The notes below the pieces were generated by a model. The model was given only the letters and a program-made list of their open reading frames with translations, was not told where the DNA came from and searched no databases. From Octopus bimaculoides (taxonomy: Eukaryota): a stretch of DNA of 64,000 nucleotides. Shown one piece after another: positions 49,204 to 61,768 of this stretch. The translations under genes and the position numbers were made by a program. The stretch spans positions 65,705,891 to 65,769,890 of the forward strand of contig NC_068982.1 in assembly GCF_001194135.2 (NCBI RefSeq), written 5' to 3'. Position 1 is the stretch's first letter; the number at the start of each line of letters is the position of its first letter.

Positions 49204-49380
49204 ATTATTTACATTTGACAGATATTTGTCCTCATCTTGTTTGTTGTTAACACGTTTCGGCTGATATACCCAGGTTTGGAATTTCCCCATGACACCTGAT
49301 GAAGGCTGGCGGTATATCAGCTGAAATGTTGTGTTAACAACAAACAAGATGAGGACAAATATCAGTCAAATGTAAATAAT
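49204..49380. mobile_element. Palindromic PLE pLTR remnant with hammerhead-like core
   Basis: Arms 49204-49270 / 49311-49380 are inverted copies; CTGATGA (49296)-aggctg..cagct-GAAA (49323). Confidence 0.6.
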
Positions 49381-49609
49381 CTAAATATTTTAGTTACCTG
49401 AAAGTTGTTTTTTTTTTATGCCAGTTTATTGATGAGGTAGTTAATTGCTGTATCTTCAGTTTCATTTTTTTTCTTTTTCCTGATAGCATCAGAAGATATC
49501 ATTTTCAGCTTAATTGAATCTTGTTTTCAAAATCTTTCATGTTATATTTTAACAGAATGCTATATATATATATCATTATAGTGTTGTATAAGATTATTTT
49601 AAATTTCAT

Positions 49610-49920
49610 ATATGCATGGCTGTATGGTAAGATGCTTCTCAGCCACGTGATTCTTGTTTCAGTCCCACTGCGTGGCACCTTGGGCAAGTGTCTGTCTTCT
49701 ACTATAGCCTTGGGCCAAACAAAACTTTGTGAGTGGATTTAGTAGATGGAAACTGAAAGAAGCCCATATGTATATATATGTATGTATCTTTGTGTCTGTG
49801 TTTGTCCCCACCTCACTGCTTGTCAAAGGTGTTGCTGTGTTTACATCCCTGTAACTTAGCGGTTCGGTGAAAGGTACTGATAGAATAAGTACTAGTCTTA
49901 AAAAAATAAGTCCTGGGGTC

Positions 49921-49953
<33 letters not shown>

Positions 49954-50020
49954 GGCTAAAAAAACCCTTCAAGGCAGTACTCTAACATGGCTGCAGTCAA
50001 ATGACTGAAAAAACCGAAAA
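49610..50020 (+). mobile_element. Family-A SINE
   Basis: Head ..gtttcagtcccactgcgtggcaccttgggcaagtg; tail ..caaatgactgaaa. Confidence 0.8.
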
Positions 50021-50029
50021 GTCCTTCCA

Positions 50030-51420
50030 AGCCTGTTTCTGTTCTAATAGCCCTGTCAACAACATTGTTCCACCACCACGTTATTTTGGGTTGAGGGGGA
50101 CTTTGCACCATCCACAGATCTGGTCAGTGGCCCTCAGCAGGTTGTCCCGTAGAAACCTCCAGTTGTCTTCTACATTGTGTGAAGCTATATCCCCTTCGAG
50201 TAATAAGTCTCTAAATCTCTGTCCATTCGCAGGATCTTTGAGCTTCCAGACCCTTCTCCTCCATGCTGGTTGTCTTCTGGGCAACAACTTAGCTCTGATC
50301 CTGAAGTCACTAACTACTAGTTTGTGTTGCGGGGTACATTCTTCGCCTGGGAAGGTTTTGGCAGCCATCTTCCCCTTTTCCTGGTGAGGATGTAGTCAAT
50401 TTGGCTAGTGTGTCTGCCAGAACGGTAGGTAACTAGGTGACTGGCAGGTTTCCTGAACTTAGTATTGCAAACCATAAGTTCATTTGCATCACAGAACTCC
50501 AGCAGCCTGGCTCCCTCCTCATTGCGGGAACCAAAATCATAGCCTCCATGTACGCTATGGAAGCCCCCTGAATGTTGTCGAACATGTCCATTGAAGTCAC
50601 CAGCCACAAAGAGAAGGTCCCTGTCATTCGTCGACAAGGTCGTCTGCAAGAGGGTGTCATAAAATCAGTCTCTCTGTCCATTGGGTAGCACAGGCTGAGG
50701 GGCATAGGCCGAGATAATGGTTGCTAACCCATGGTGAAGGACTAATCTAATCTTAAGTATTCTATCGCATACTCTGGCTACCTCAATTACCTGATCCACC
50801 CATTTCTCCGCAAGAAGTATACCCACGCCCCCAACCTTGTCTGTGTTCCCTGCCCAGAAAATCTTGTACCTGTGTTCTTTGCCTGTGAGGAACCTAGTGG
50901 AACCTCCTTTCCACCTTACTTCTTGGAGGCAGCAGATATTGACACATCTCCTTTCAAGCGTCTCAACAATCTCACCAGACCTACCTTTCAGTGTGCTGAC
51001 GTTGAGAGTGCCAACCCTGAGGGTGTGGGAGGTATGGGCCCGTGAGACCCTGGGGCGGGGAACAGCAGCATCATGTACCTGAAAAGAAAGCTCACATTTT
51101 GCAGAATTCATAAACAATCAGTAGCCCTCATGTCAACCTCCATCCACTACACTATCATATTTTGCACTATATGATCACTACCTACATAGGAGGAGATAAA
51201 CCCTAAGTAGGGGTGGCGTGAAGCCTTTAGAAGTGTTCATGGGAGACGGCCAGGAACTTCCGTTACTGATGGAGAGGATAGGAACTTCCAGTACTGGTGG
51301 AGGGCGTGGGAGGGCGTATGCACCACTGGCATAGTGCTGCAAAGGTATTAAGGTCAAGTGGGGGAATTGGGGTGCATGCGCTAGTTTATAGTCCTGCCGA
51401 AGCAAGAGGTAATCGAAAGA
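50030..51420 (-). mobile_element. RTE LINE 5' half (APE endonuclease), frameshifted
   Basis: LRVGTLNVSTLKGRSGEIVETLERR..CCLQEVRWKG..GGVGILL..ISAYAPQ; AGDFNGHV; SQIDYILTRK. Confidence 0.9.
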
Positions 51421-52360
51421 GGGAGAAGGAGAGAGAGAGGGTTAGGGTTAGTGATCAGAATATGAGGGATAGAGAGAGAGAGAGAGAGAGAGATTCTTAT
51501 GGGATTTCTGTCACATAATTTAAAGAAACAGTAAATATTGAATGATAGTAATATAGAATAGAAAAATAAGAGTTTTTGGTCAGCTAATCTAAGACAGGAT
51601 TATAAAGATAAGTGACTGTGTGATAAAAGTTAAAATTGAATAATTTGAATAACTGAACGAATTTGACGACATAGTAATGGACAACAGAAATGAATTTGAC
51701 GACATGGTAATGAAACAAACAGAATAGTGAAAGCACTAAGTAAGGTGTTATGAATCAGCACATATCTTTACATTAGTGTTGTATAAGATTATTTGAGTAT
51801 TATTTTTCATTATCTTTCTTAACAATGCTAACTTAAGAGTAGCATATGGAATCAACATTGCAAACATGCAGATATAAGATGTCCACCATGTTGGCTCCAT
51901 TTGAATATCACTGTTTGATCAACACTGATGCTATGACATACAATCCTAATATTTATACCTACGAACTTATTTTCCTTTTGAAAATAATTTAGTGTTTGCT
52001 GAAAAACCTTAGGTGTCTTTACTTAACAGTTGATCAACTTCAGTTTAGCTACATTACTATGTCGTCTTACATACACACCATTTTGTTGGTGAGCTCCCTT
52101 GCTCTGCTGTTCTTGTATAGCACCAATGTAGGGGATTGGAAAATATTTGAACCAATATTCTATTTTCTGTGACTATTCTATTTTCTTTGGGATATGTTAC
52201 CTTAAAGACATGTGATTTCATTCTTAGACATTGCTTTATATTAGAGTATGTGTAGTCATCTTCTGCTAACTCTGGAGTACTCTTCCAGCTTTTGTCTTTG
52301 TTTGTTTTTTTTGCACATATATCAGTGAAATTTCTCATGTACTTTTGCTGTCTTTGTTAG

Positions 52361-52487
52361 GAGCTTGTGAAGGTACTATGGCCTGTTCCACTTGTCACGT
52401 AATATTACCCAAACACATATACAATGCTGAATTACCATCGGATGAAGAACAAGATTTATTAGATATGGCCTATGGATTAACAGATAC
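52361..52487 (+). CDS. FDX1: Ferredoxin exon 3 ([2Fe-2S] C-x5-C-x2-C)
   Basis: Acceptor cttttgctgtctttgttag|GA; 127 nt [41 protein letters not shown]; donor AC|gtaagt. Confidence 0.97.
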
Positions 52488-52720
52488 GTAAGTACTTCAT
52501 TATTTAATGTTACAGCAGGATATCTTTCAGACAGCCACTCCTCAAACAGGAGATTGGAAGAATTGTATAAATTCTTTATATAAATTGTATGAATTTTATT
52601 ATTTTCCTAATTATTATTAACTGTAAATACAATATTTCCAGTTATTAAAGTAAAATAACTGATATCATTTCAAGTAAATACCTTTCTATCAACTGGTAAC
52701 GTTTTTGTCTCATTTTGTAG

Positions 52721-52817
52721 GTCTCGCCTTGGTTGTCAGGTTTATGTGACAGAGGATATGGACGGCGTTGAGATAAAAATTCCTACAGAAACAAATGATA
52801 TACGAGGATTTTCTTAG
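52721..52817 (+). CDS. FDX1: Ferredoxin exon 4 (fourth Cys, stop)
   Basis: Acceptor tttttgtctcattttgtag|G; SRLGCQVYVTEDMDGVEIKIPTETNDIRGFS*. The short C-terminus is FDX1-like (no FDX2 ..PKPH tail). Confidence 0.97.
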
Positions 52818-52864
52818 AACTTGGTTGTTTAAATTTTATACATCCTGTTAAATAGTTTGATGAA

Positions 52865-52870
52865 AATAAA
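52865..52870 (+). terminator. Probable polyadenylation signal of the ferredoxin gene
   Basis: AATAAA 48 nt after the stop codon. Confidence 0.55.
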
Positions 52871-53149
52871 TTTATGAAATTTCACTATAATCTTGTTTTA
52901 AATGCAGAATATTTTTTTCTACTTAAAAAACCAAAAATCTGTGATTGATATTTTTGAGTTATCATTGTCATCATTATTTCTTTTTTTCCTTGTTGTGTCA
53001 TTGTCATCACTATCATCATCTTTTGATGTCCACTTTTCCTCTCTTGCATGTGTGAGGTTGAGGGAGATTTTCTACAGCTCTTGTCCTTGACCCTCACCTG
53101 TTTCCAAGCAAAGTAATATTTCCCATGGCCAGATATGATTTCCACAGAA

Positions 53150-54950
53150 AACTGGAAGCAAAAAACATTGCTTGTTTACAATCATGATGTCAAGACAGGG
53201 GAACACACACATAATATTAGCTTAACAAAGTCAGTTTTGGCATGGTTTTTACAGTTGGATGCCCTTCCAAATGCCAACCAATTTACAGTATGGACTGGAT
53301 GATTTTTGTGTGGCACCAGCAGTGGCTGGGTCACCAAGTAACATGCAAGACAAATATCCTTTCAGAGGAGAGAGGGCATTGGAGGAGGTGATCTTGTGTC
53401 AGATGATGAAAGGTTAGTATGACAGATAGAAACAGGTGTCTTGCTGTAGAGGTACATGGTTACCTGGCCAGGGAGAGAGAGAGTGAGGGAGATCAGGAAT
53501 GAGGACAAAAACAGGTGTGCTACTATAGAGGAATTACATGGTCACCTAGCCAGAGGGAAGAGAAAGAGTGGAAGACAGCAAGTGTGCAAGAGAGATAGTG
53601 GCAAAGTGTCAGGGTGTACCCTCAAGATACAGAGGTCATAATATAAGTGGCAGAGTATTGCCAAAGTATGAGTAGGTAGTAGAAACGTCACATGGATACA
53701 TAATGTGGGGGTGGGGAATGTAGTGACTGGTGAAAACCTGGGTATATAGAGGGCGTGGAGGACTATAGGATAGCAATGAGACAGTGAGGACAGTATTGGG
53801 AGGGATAAGCATGGTGCAAGAAAGAGGAAATGTGAGAAAGAGAAGAGATGTAGTTTGGTTTGCTGGGGTAGGGTATATGAAAAGTTTTATTATTACATGT
53901 GGGTGGAACACACAGTGCTTCTAGAACTCAGTTTTGCTGATGTGGGCAAGTTTTCTCAAGAACCTCATATTACCAGATATTTTGGTCCATTGTCATTTCC
54001 CCTGTGAGGCCCATCTTGAGATCAGTCCTCACCACTTTATCCCATGGCTTGCTAGGTCTCCTTCCACAGGTACCATCCTTTTTCAGTAATTGGCACTTCT
54101 TTATACAGCTGTCTTTATTCATATGCATCACATGGCCAAACCAACATATTTTTCTCGCTTGCATGCTGCATTTATTCCTCTTATGCCCAACTTTTCTCTC
54201 AACACATTTGCACTTTGTCATACATGCACACTGAAGTTGCACATCCAACAGAGCATACTGCCTTCATTTCTCTCTAGTCTATGCATGTCCTCTGCAATCA
54301 GAGCTCATGTTTCACTACCATGGAGTATAGCCGTTCATACACGCATCATACAACCTACCTTTCACTCCAAGAGAGTCCTTTTGTTGCTAGAGAGGTAATA
54401 ACTCTCTGATCTTCCTCCATTCTATTTTTATTCAAGAAACAATACTTTCAGAGCATCTTCCACCATTGCTAATTTAGTTACCTAGGCAATAGGTAACAGA
54501 AACTATCTACAACCTTGAGAGCCTCTGGGCATTTGAGAGTCTAATTTCCATGTGCCCTTAGTGCTTATCTGCCACATACAAAGACAACTTTATCTATTAA
54601 TCTACCTGTGGTTCCACTGCATCTCTTATGTATCCATAGCTTACACTGGGTGCAGTGAATGGAATTACTTCCAACTCCTTTCCTACCTGAAGGAATTAGT
54701 CTTATCTGTTTTCTTGCTAACAGCAACTATGGTCTTTGCTAGGTTAACTTTAAGGCTCTTTGATTCCAAGTTTTGTTTCCATACCAGGAATTTCTTCTCC
54801 AATTCTGTTACAGATTCTGCAACAAGTGCAAGGTCATCAGCATATAATAGTTTGCATGGGCATCCACTTTTGAATTCCTCTATTATGGTGGGGACGACTA
54901 TGATGAGTAAGAGTGGACTGAGAACTGAACCCCTACTTGTATGTTAAATG
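53150..54950 (-). mobile_element. Decayed RTE LINE (RT to 3' UTR)
   Basis: KLLYADDLALVAESVTELEKKFLVWKQNLESKSLKVNLAKT (~54730-54870) and CWFGHVMHMNKDSCIKKC..GRRPSKPWDKVV (53970-54248). Confidence 0.8.
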
Positions 54951-55264
54951 CATCACTGTATTCATGACCGCCTCTCATGCTGTACATGGTTTGTACATAT
55001 GTGTACACACACACACATGCCACGTGCACATGGCAAACTTCAATAAATTGACCTAAATTTGGTTTGGAGAGGGGAGTAAATCTCAACAATTATTTTGTTC
55101 ATGAGTATTTAAACAGGATTATTTTTAAACTACATATCATGAATCCTATTTATAAACTATGACATGTAAATTTACACTAGTTACCTAAGTTATTAAAAAA
55201 ATAAAAGTACTAACCAAGAGAAATAACTCTATTACTCCTGCTTATATATGTATATCTTGCTCTG

Positions 55265-55635
55265 CTTTTAAACAAATAAAATAAGTGCACTCAGAGTGAA
55301 AACCTCTACCAAGGTAACACCAACGTCCTCTCAACAATTAGCCAGAGATGATTTTTAAAATGAGAATATCTGACATAAACTTGACTGCTCTCACTTGCGA
55401 GAATATTAAAAATGAACCCAACCGCTCTCAAAAATTAAGTAAAAAATCAGGAAAAATAATCTAGAATCCTTGTCTGACACTAGATCGATCCCAAAATCTA
55501 ATCAGTTTGTGCCAGTCTAGAGGCCAAACATCCCTAAAAGTTTCATGCAAATCCATCAAACGGTTCTTGAGATATCTTGTCTGCAAACATGACTGAAAGC
55601 AAGACCTCAACCTTAACGAAAGCAGAGGTAATAAT
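55265..55635 (+). mobile_element. Helentron/HINE-like non-autonomous repeat
   Basis: 5' gcactcagag..acctctaccaagg and 3' ccttaac..gcagaggtaat subterminal inverted motifs; family assignment is from memory. Confidence 0.4.
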
Positions 55636-55639
55636 GAAC

Positions 55640-57600
55640 TTATTGTTTACAGTGCTCAAGTGCACTACAAGTCATCAGAAAAGGTAACCTAAAGAGCATG
55701 TACAGTACACAGAATAATGTACAGAAAGTGAACAGTGAATGGGTCATTAAAAAAAACTGGGTAGGGGACGCTAAGTGTACTGTTGGTGAATTTTGGGAAG
55801 CATGGAAGTTTTGAAAGATGTCTTGACAGTTAACACCTGATGCAAGCAGTTTATTCCATGCTTCAGTAATTCTGAATATGAAAAGATGATTCCGAAAGTC
55901 ATGAATGCTGTGTTGTTTTTTGATTTTGTAAGTGTTAGACATGGAATTCAAAAAGGTACCCAAAGTTGTTGGAAAGATGGTGAATAATCTTGTGAGTGTC
56001 TACCAAGTTAGTTGCCAGACATCAGAGCTTTATTGTGTTCATGCACAGGGAAGCAAGACATTCAGGATATGGTAGATGCTTGACAGCTAGTATTCGTCTG
56101 GTTGCATGTTTCTGAAGTTTCCAGGAGATTAATGTGCTGAGCAAGATTGGGGTTCCAGACTAGTGATGCAAACTCCAAGTGTGGATGTACCATAGCCATG
56201 TACAGCTTTAAATAGATGGCTGGAGAGCAGCTGACAAAGGGTGATGTTAAAGCACCTTCAGCCTTCTTGACAATTTTAGAAATGAGGTTTGTCCAACACA
56301 TTGCTGTTGACAATAATGCCCAGGTCACATTCACCAACAAACTTCTTAAGATTAGTGTTATTGAGGGAGTGTAACAGTTGATTTTTTTCCTCTCAAAATG
56401 CATGGTGATGCACTTTCCCCAGCCAGCTTGTGTTGCTAATCAGTAATCTAAAGCTACATTGTTTCGAGGTCTGATAGCATATAGGATCTGTTCTTTTTAT
56501 TTCAAGATACATCTTGATGTCACCTGCATATTTCAACATTGTAACATTCTTCAAGTTGGCGTCTATGTCATTAACATATGCAACAAACAACAGTGGTCCA
56601 AGAACAGGTCCCTGTGGTACACCAGATGTCATTTCATAAGGTGCAGAATTTTGTCTTAGAACTGTGACTACCTACTTTTCGACCTAGGAGGAAGGACTTC
56701 AACTCATTACAGTGAGTTTTGCCTTGAGTCGTTTGTGTAGCACCGAATTGAAGGCTTTAACCGAGTCAAGATAAATAACATCACCATCAGTGATTCAGGT
56801 GATGTCTTCCAGAGACTTGATGAGTCTGCCACAGTAGCTGGAGTTGGGGATAAATCCAAATTGTGAGCATCAAATAAGTCTGTGAGAGTTCCAGAAGTTC
56901 TAGAGTGTTTCTCTGACACAGGACACCATCAGTTTGGTGGAACAGCTGGTAAGGTTGATGCTACAGTTATTAACAGGTGAGGTGCAATCAACCTTTTTGA
57001 ACAGGAATGACGCTGGCAATTTTCCACTGCTCTGGGTAACAGTTATTAAGACAGAACCCACCACATTTGAGAAGCAGATAAATAACACCATCAAGACCAG
57101 AAGAGATATAGTTGTGCTTATTCTTGAGGTAACAAAACAGCATTGCTGGTGTAAATTTCACAGATGTTATAGAATTTGATGTCAGAAAGATGGTACATTT
57201 TGATTTTCAATAGTAAACATCCCAAGGTAATTGAAGCCACCAGCTATGAAAACAAATGACTGTTTTCCTAGATGCAGTTCTGAAGATATCAAAACGTTAT
57301 GTGTCTTGGTAGCAGTTTTTTGTGGGGGGGGGGTATGGTAAACAACTCCAATTAGAGTTGTTGACATGTTTATAAATATATCACAGAAAAATGACTTTTG
57401 TTGTAATTGGCTTAAGTCATCGCAAGGAATTGCTGAAATGTTTGAACAAACGTAGACCATCACACCACTCCTATGACAATTAATGTGGTCTTTGCAAAAC
57501 AAGTTGTAACCAGCCATGTTAAAATCACCATCGCAAAGTTATAGAGTGTGCCCATGTTTCTGTGACTGCAATGTAATCGGGATCGATACTTTTGACATAG
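55640..57600 (-). mobile_element. Degenerate CR1 LINE (endonuclease, RT, 3' end)
   Basis: TSGVPQGPVLGPLLFVAYVNDI..KYAGDIK (56393-56632); LYMAMVHPHLEFASLVWNP; GGVMVYV/IGVVYHTP-type endonuclease remnants at 57182-57517. Confidence 0.85.
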
Positions 57601-58431
57601 GAATCAAAAAGGTGGATCATGTGGCATAAACTTTGGATATTTAAGGACAGTAATTTGTATCTGGATTTAAGACTACCATGATGATATTTAGGGGATGGTG
57701 GATTGTTCTTGTTTAATTTCCCGGAGCTTTATACATTCTTTAATGCTATATTCACCATGTTCTTTGCTGGAAATTCCAACTGTTTCCTACTTTTCCTCTG
57801 TATTTCAACTATTATTTAATCAGTACATTATATCTGACTCTGGAAGATTTTCAAATTATATATAAAATTGTGAATAAAATAATTCTATTTTATTTTTTTA
57901 AAAGGAGTTATTTAATTGATTTCTTATACTGGTAAAGGATAAATTATGAGCAAATAGACTTCTGAATATCTCCTGGTACTTATCTCATCATCACGGTGGA
58001 ATTTGAACTCAGAATGTAATGGGTCGGGAGAAATATCATGTAATATTTCTTGTGACATTCTAACAATTCTGCCACCTCGCCACCTTAATGCATAAATAAT
58101 GTGTTTGTGTCTGTTTACATTAATACTTGCCAAGCTAGAAGCGCTGATACTGGAGTTATACCCCTTGGATTAGGATTAAAAGGCCACCTCAGGGTACATA
58201 TTTGCTTGTAGAGCGGAGTTGGATCTGAGATGAGGTTGTGGAATGGGGTGGTAGGACATGTGGTGGTGAAGAATGATGTGATGGGAAATGGAGATGGTGG
58301 AGAGGGTTGATTTTACAATTATGTGTGGTTATGTATACATATATGTTTGTGTGTGGGCTTGTATATATATATATATGAGTGAGTGGACAAATGAAAGAAG
58401 GGCACTCAACAAATTTAATGGGAGTTACATG

Positions 58432-59959
58432 TATGGATCAAAACAGTTTGATTCAAGTTTGTTGGTACTCTTGAGTTTCAAGTGTGATGCTAGTCATCAG
58501 CCATTTTGAATTTGAATGACAGAAGTTGATTGTTATTACTGTAAGGTGGTCTGTGATTGGTCAAGGAAGGTCATGTGGTGTCATGATTTGATGTTGGTAT
58601 ATGAGTAACAGTTAATTGGATAATACTGCATGATGAACCGGAAATTGACCACATGGAGGACAGGAAATAGAGCACAAGAGGGCTAGGAAATTGGTCAGGT
58701 TGTTGGGGGGTGGGGGAAGTAGGAAGGGGCAGCATGTGCAAGTATATAGTTCTATATGTGGATGTGTAGACGCTCTCATAAGGTTTTGAGTACTTGTGTG
58801 CATTGATGCGAGCATGCATACCTGTACATGGGTACACCCGTGCACATCTGCACAGACACACACAGATGGACAGACACGCACACACACATAAGCACACATG
58901 CACACACACACACAGACACATGCATATTCCTTCATGTATATATGTATATTTGCATGCATACTGGTGTGCATGCACATGCACCTGTGGATTTGTGAATGCA
59001 CATGCATGAGTATTGATTGGACTAGTGTTAACAGAACACTGCCATATTCACCTGGCACTCCCAACTGCCAGCTCTGCCTCTGCGAAAATGTGCATATCCT
59101 CCAACAATCCACAGTATCCATCAACAAGGAATATGATTTATCGTATTGCTGTCACCAGAGGTATGCCTTTCTGACAAATTTCAGGCCTCTGACTACTGAC
59201 AACCCAGATATACCACCTTAGCACCAGCTGCTACTCTCCCCCACCTGCACCAAGGTCACTGCTACCAATCAACCCCATGAGCAGGACCACCAATTACCAA
59301 TCACCAACATTTACCAACCCCCAATGCTTACCAATTGCCAATGCTTACCAATCCCCAATGTTTGTTTTGCACTTGTATACTCACACATGCACATATGCAT
59401 GTGCATACATGTATGTACATGCACACTGGTATGCATGTGTACATATGAGTGAATACACATGTATGTGCATGTATATGTGTGCACGTGCATGTCCGTCCAC
59501 ATGTGTGTGTGCAGACATACACATGTGTGCCCATGTACAGATACACATGCTTGCATCAATGCACAATGCCATGCATTTAGATCAACAATGACAAAATAAA
59601 ATACTTAAGGTTGATTATGCTCAATCTTAACAAGTATTTTATTTTGTTAACTTCATCTACACACCCACATATAGAACTATATACTTGTACATGCCGCCAT
59701 TCCTACTTCCCCACCACAACCTGACTGATTTCCTAGCACCCAAGTGGTTTATTTCCTGTTCACCATGTGGTATTTTCTAACTAACTGCTACCCATATACT
59801 AACATTAAGCCACAACACCACATGGCCTTCTTCAACCACTCGCAGTCCACCTTATGGTAATAACAATTAAGTTCTGTCACTCAAATTCTAAATGGCTGAC
59901 AACTAGCATCATGCTTGAAACTCAAGAGTAACGACAAACTTGAATCAAACTGTTTTGAT

Positions 59960-59964
<5 letters not shown>
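58432..59964. mobile_element. Penelope-like remnant: ~600-bp inverted arms around a GIY-YIG C-terminal fragment
   Basis: 58432-59015 is the reverse complement of ~59375-59964; the spacer 59033-59182 reads YSPGTPNCQLCLCENVHIL..SINKEYDLSYCCHQR, a PLE C-terminal CxLC..E..NKR..C-H pattern. Confidence 0.65.
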
Positions 59965-60004
<40 letters not shown>

Positions 60005-60459
60005 NNNNNNNNNNNNNNNNNNNNNNNNNNNNNNNNNNNNNNNNNNNNNNNNNNNNNNNNNNNNNNNNNNNNNNNNNNNNNNNNNNNNNNNNNNNNNNNN
60101 NNNNNNNNNNNNNNNNNNNNNNNNNNNNNNNNNNNNNNNNNNNNNNNNNNNNNNNNNNNNNNNNNNNNNNNNNNNNNNNNNNNNNNNNNNNNNNNNNNNN
60201 NNNNNNNNNNNNNNNNNNNNNNNNNNNNNNNNNNNNNNNNNNNNNNNNNNNNNNNNNNNNNNNNNNNNNNNNNNNNNNNNNNNNNNNNNNNNNNNNNNNN
60301 NNNNNNNNNNNNNNNNNNNNNNNNNNNNNNNNNNNNNNNNNNNNNNNNNNNNNNNNNNNNNNNNNNNNNNNNNNNNNNNNNNNNNNNNNNNNNNNNNNNN
60401 NNNNNNNNNNNNNNNNNNNNNNNNNNNNNNNNNNNNNNNNNNNNNNNNNNNNNNNNNNN

Positions 60460-60499
<40 letters not shown>

Positions 60500-60629
60500 A
60501 ATATAGATATTAATTCCTCGTGTATGGTGAGGGAAACACAGATGAGAGAGATCCAATGTATATATTTACAGTGCATACAGCCAGTTTGCTAAAGTTCAAC
60601 GTTCAGCTGGACGAATGGACCAACAAACA

Positions 60630-60785
60630 GACAAATAAGACAGACAATCATACAGACACAGACAGATAGGCAGGCAGGCAGGCAGACAGACAGACAAACA
60701 GACAGACAGACGGACGGACAGACGGACAGACAGGCAGACAGACACAGACGGACGGACAGACAGACGGACAGACAGACAGACAGCA
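60630..60785. repeat. (GACA/GGCA/GACG)n tetranucleotide repeat
   Basis: Directly visible. Confidence 0.9.
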
Positions 60786-61730
60786 AATATAAGTTACATT
60801 CTCTAAAACTTGATACATATTTCTTCTAGTTAGTTGAAATTTAATCATGTATAATTACGCATGCCCATTAGAAGTTGACTATTTTTTAACTAGTTTAATC
60901 TCAAAGACAGCAAAACAATATCACTGACTCTTTTTAGGGCTCCTGCTGTTGATGGAACAAAGTTATTCTTAGATGGGAAATCTGACCTGAATGTTTACAG
61001 CAGAGTATGCTTACTTTGCTCTTGACTCCAGGTGGTTGTGTTAAACCTAGAAACAGATTAAAGCAACTACCTATGAGCTAGTTATCTTCTACCATATCTT
61101 CCTTGGATATTTTTAATCATATATGTCATATGCATGTACTATGCAAATTCATCACATCACATACACACTATTCTAGGAAACAACAACAATAACAACAGCA
61201 ACAGCAGCAGCAACAACAACAGTAGCAGCTGCAGCAGCAGAAAACCTGTATCATTCCTATTCCATCCAAGCAATTACAAAACAACAAATTTAAAACAATA
61301 TCTGTCACAACTTCAGATTCAAATTTTGTACTAAACATTGGTCAGACTCCTGGAAATCTCAAAATATCAAGACACCCATCCATACACTTAGTCTTCTCTG
61401 TGTGTTTCTACTGCATCTACGATCAGAGAGTTGTTGTCCATTTAGTTGATGCCTAATTTTTAAGATCACATCTAATCCTTGCATTACTTTAGTGGAGTTT
61501 ATTCTGTTGTAAGCTTTCAGGCCACAACCATTCTGCCTATGTTCAGCAATGAAATATTTTGGAGACAATTAGGATTGATTTTCTTCTTGTGATTAAAGTA
61601 CATCATCATCATATACTTATATTTTCATGGTTGTATTTGTTGGACTTGTGCAGCACCTTGGATCCTGGACAGGTGCCTTCTACTTTAGCCTTGAGCTAAC
61701 CAAAATTTTGTGAGTGGACTTGGTGTGTGG

Positions 61731-61768
<38 letters not shown>

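Noticed and set aside
58571-59591. His/Cys/Met-rich ORFs
   Set aside because: Translations of (CA/TG)-rich degenerate repeats.
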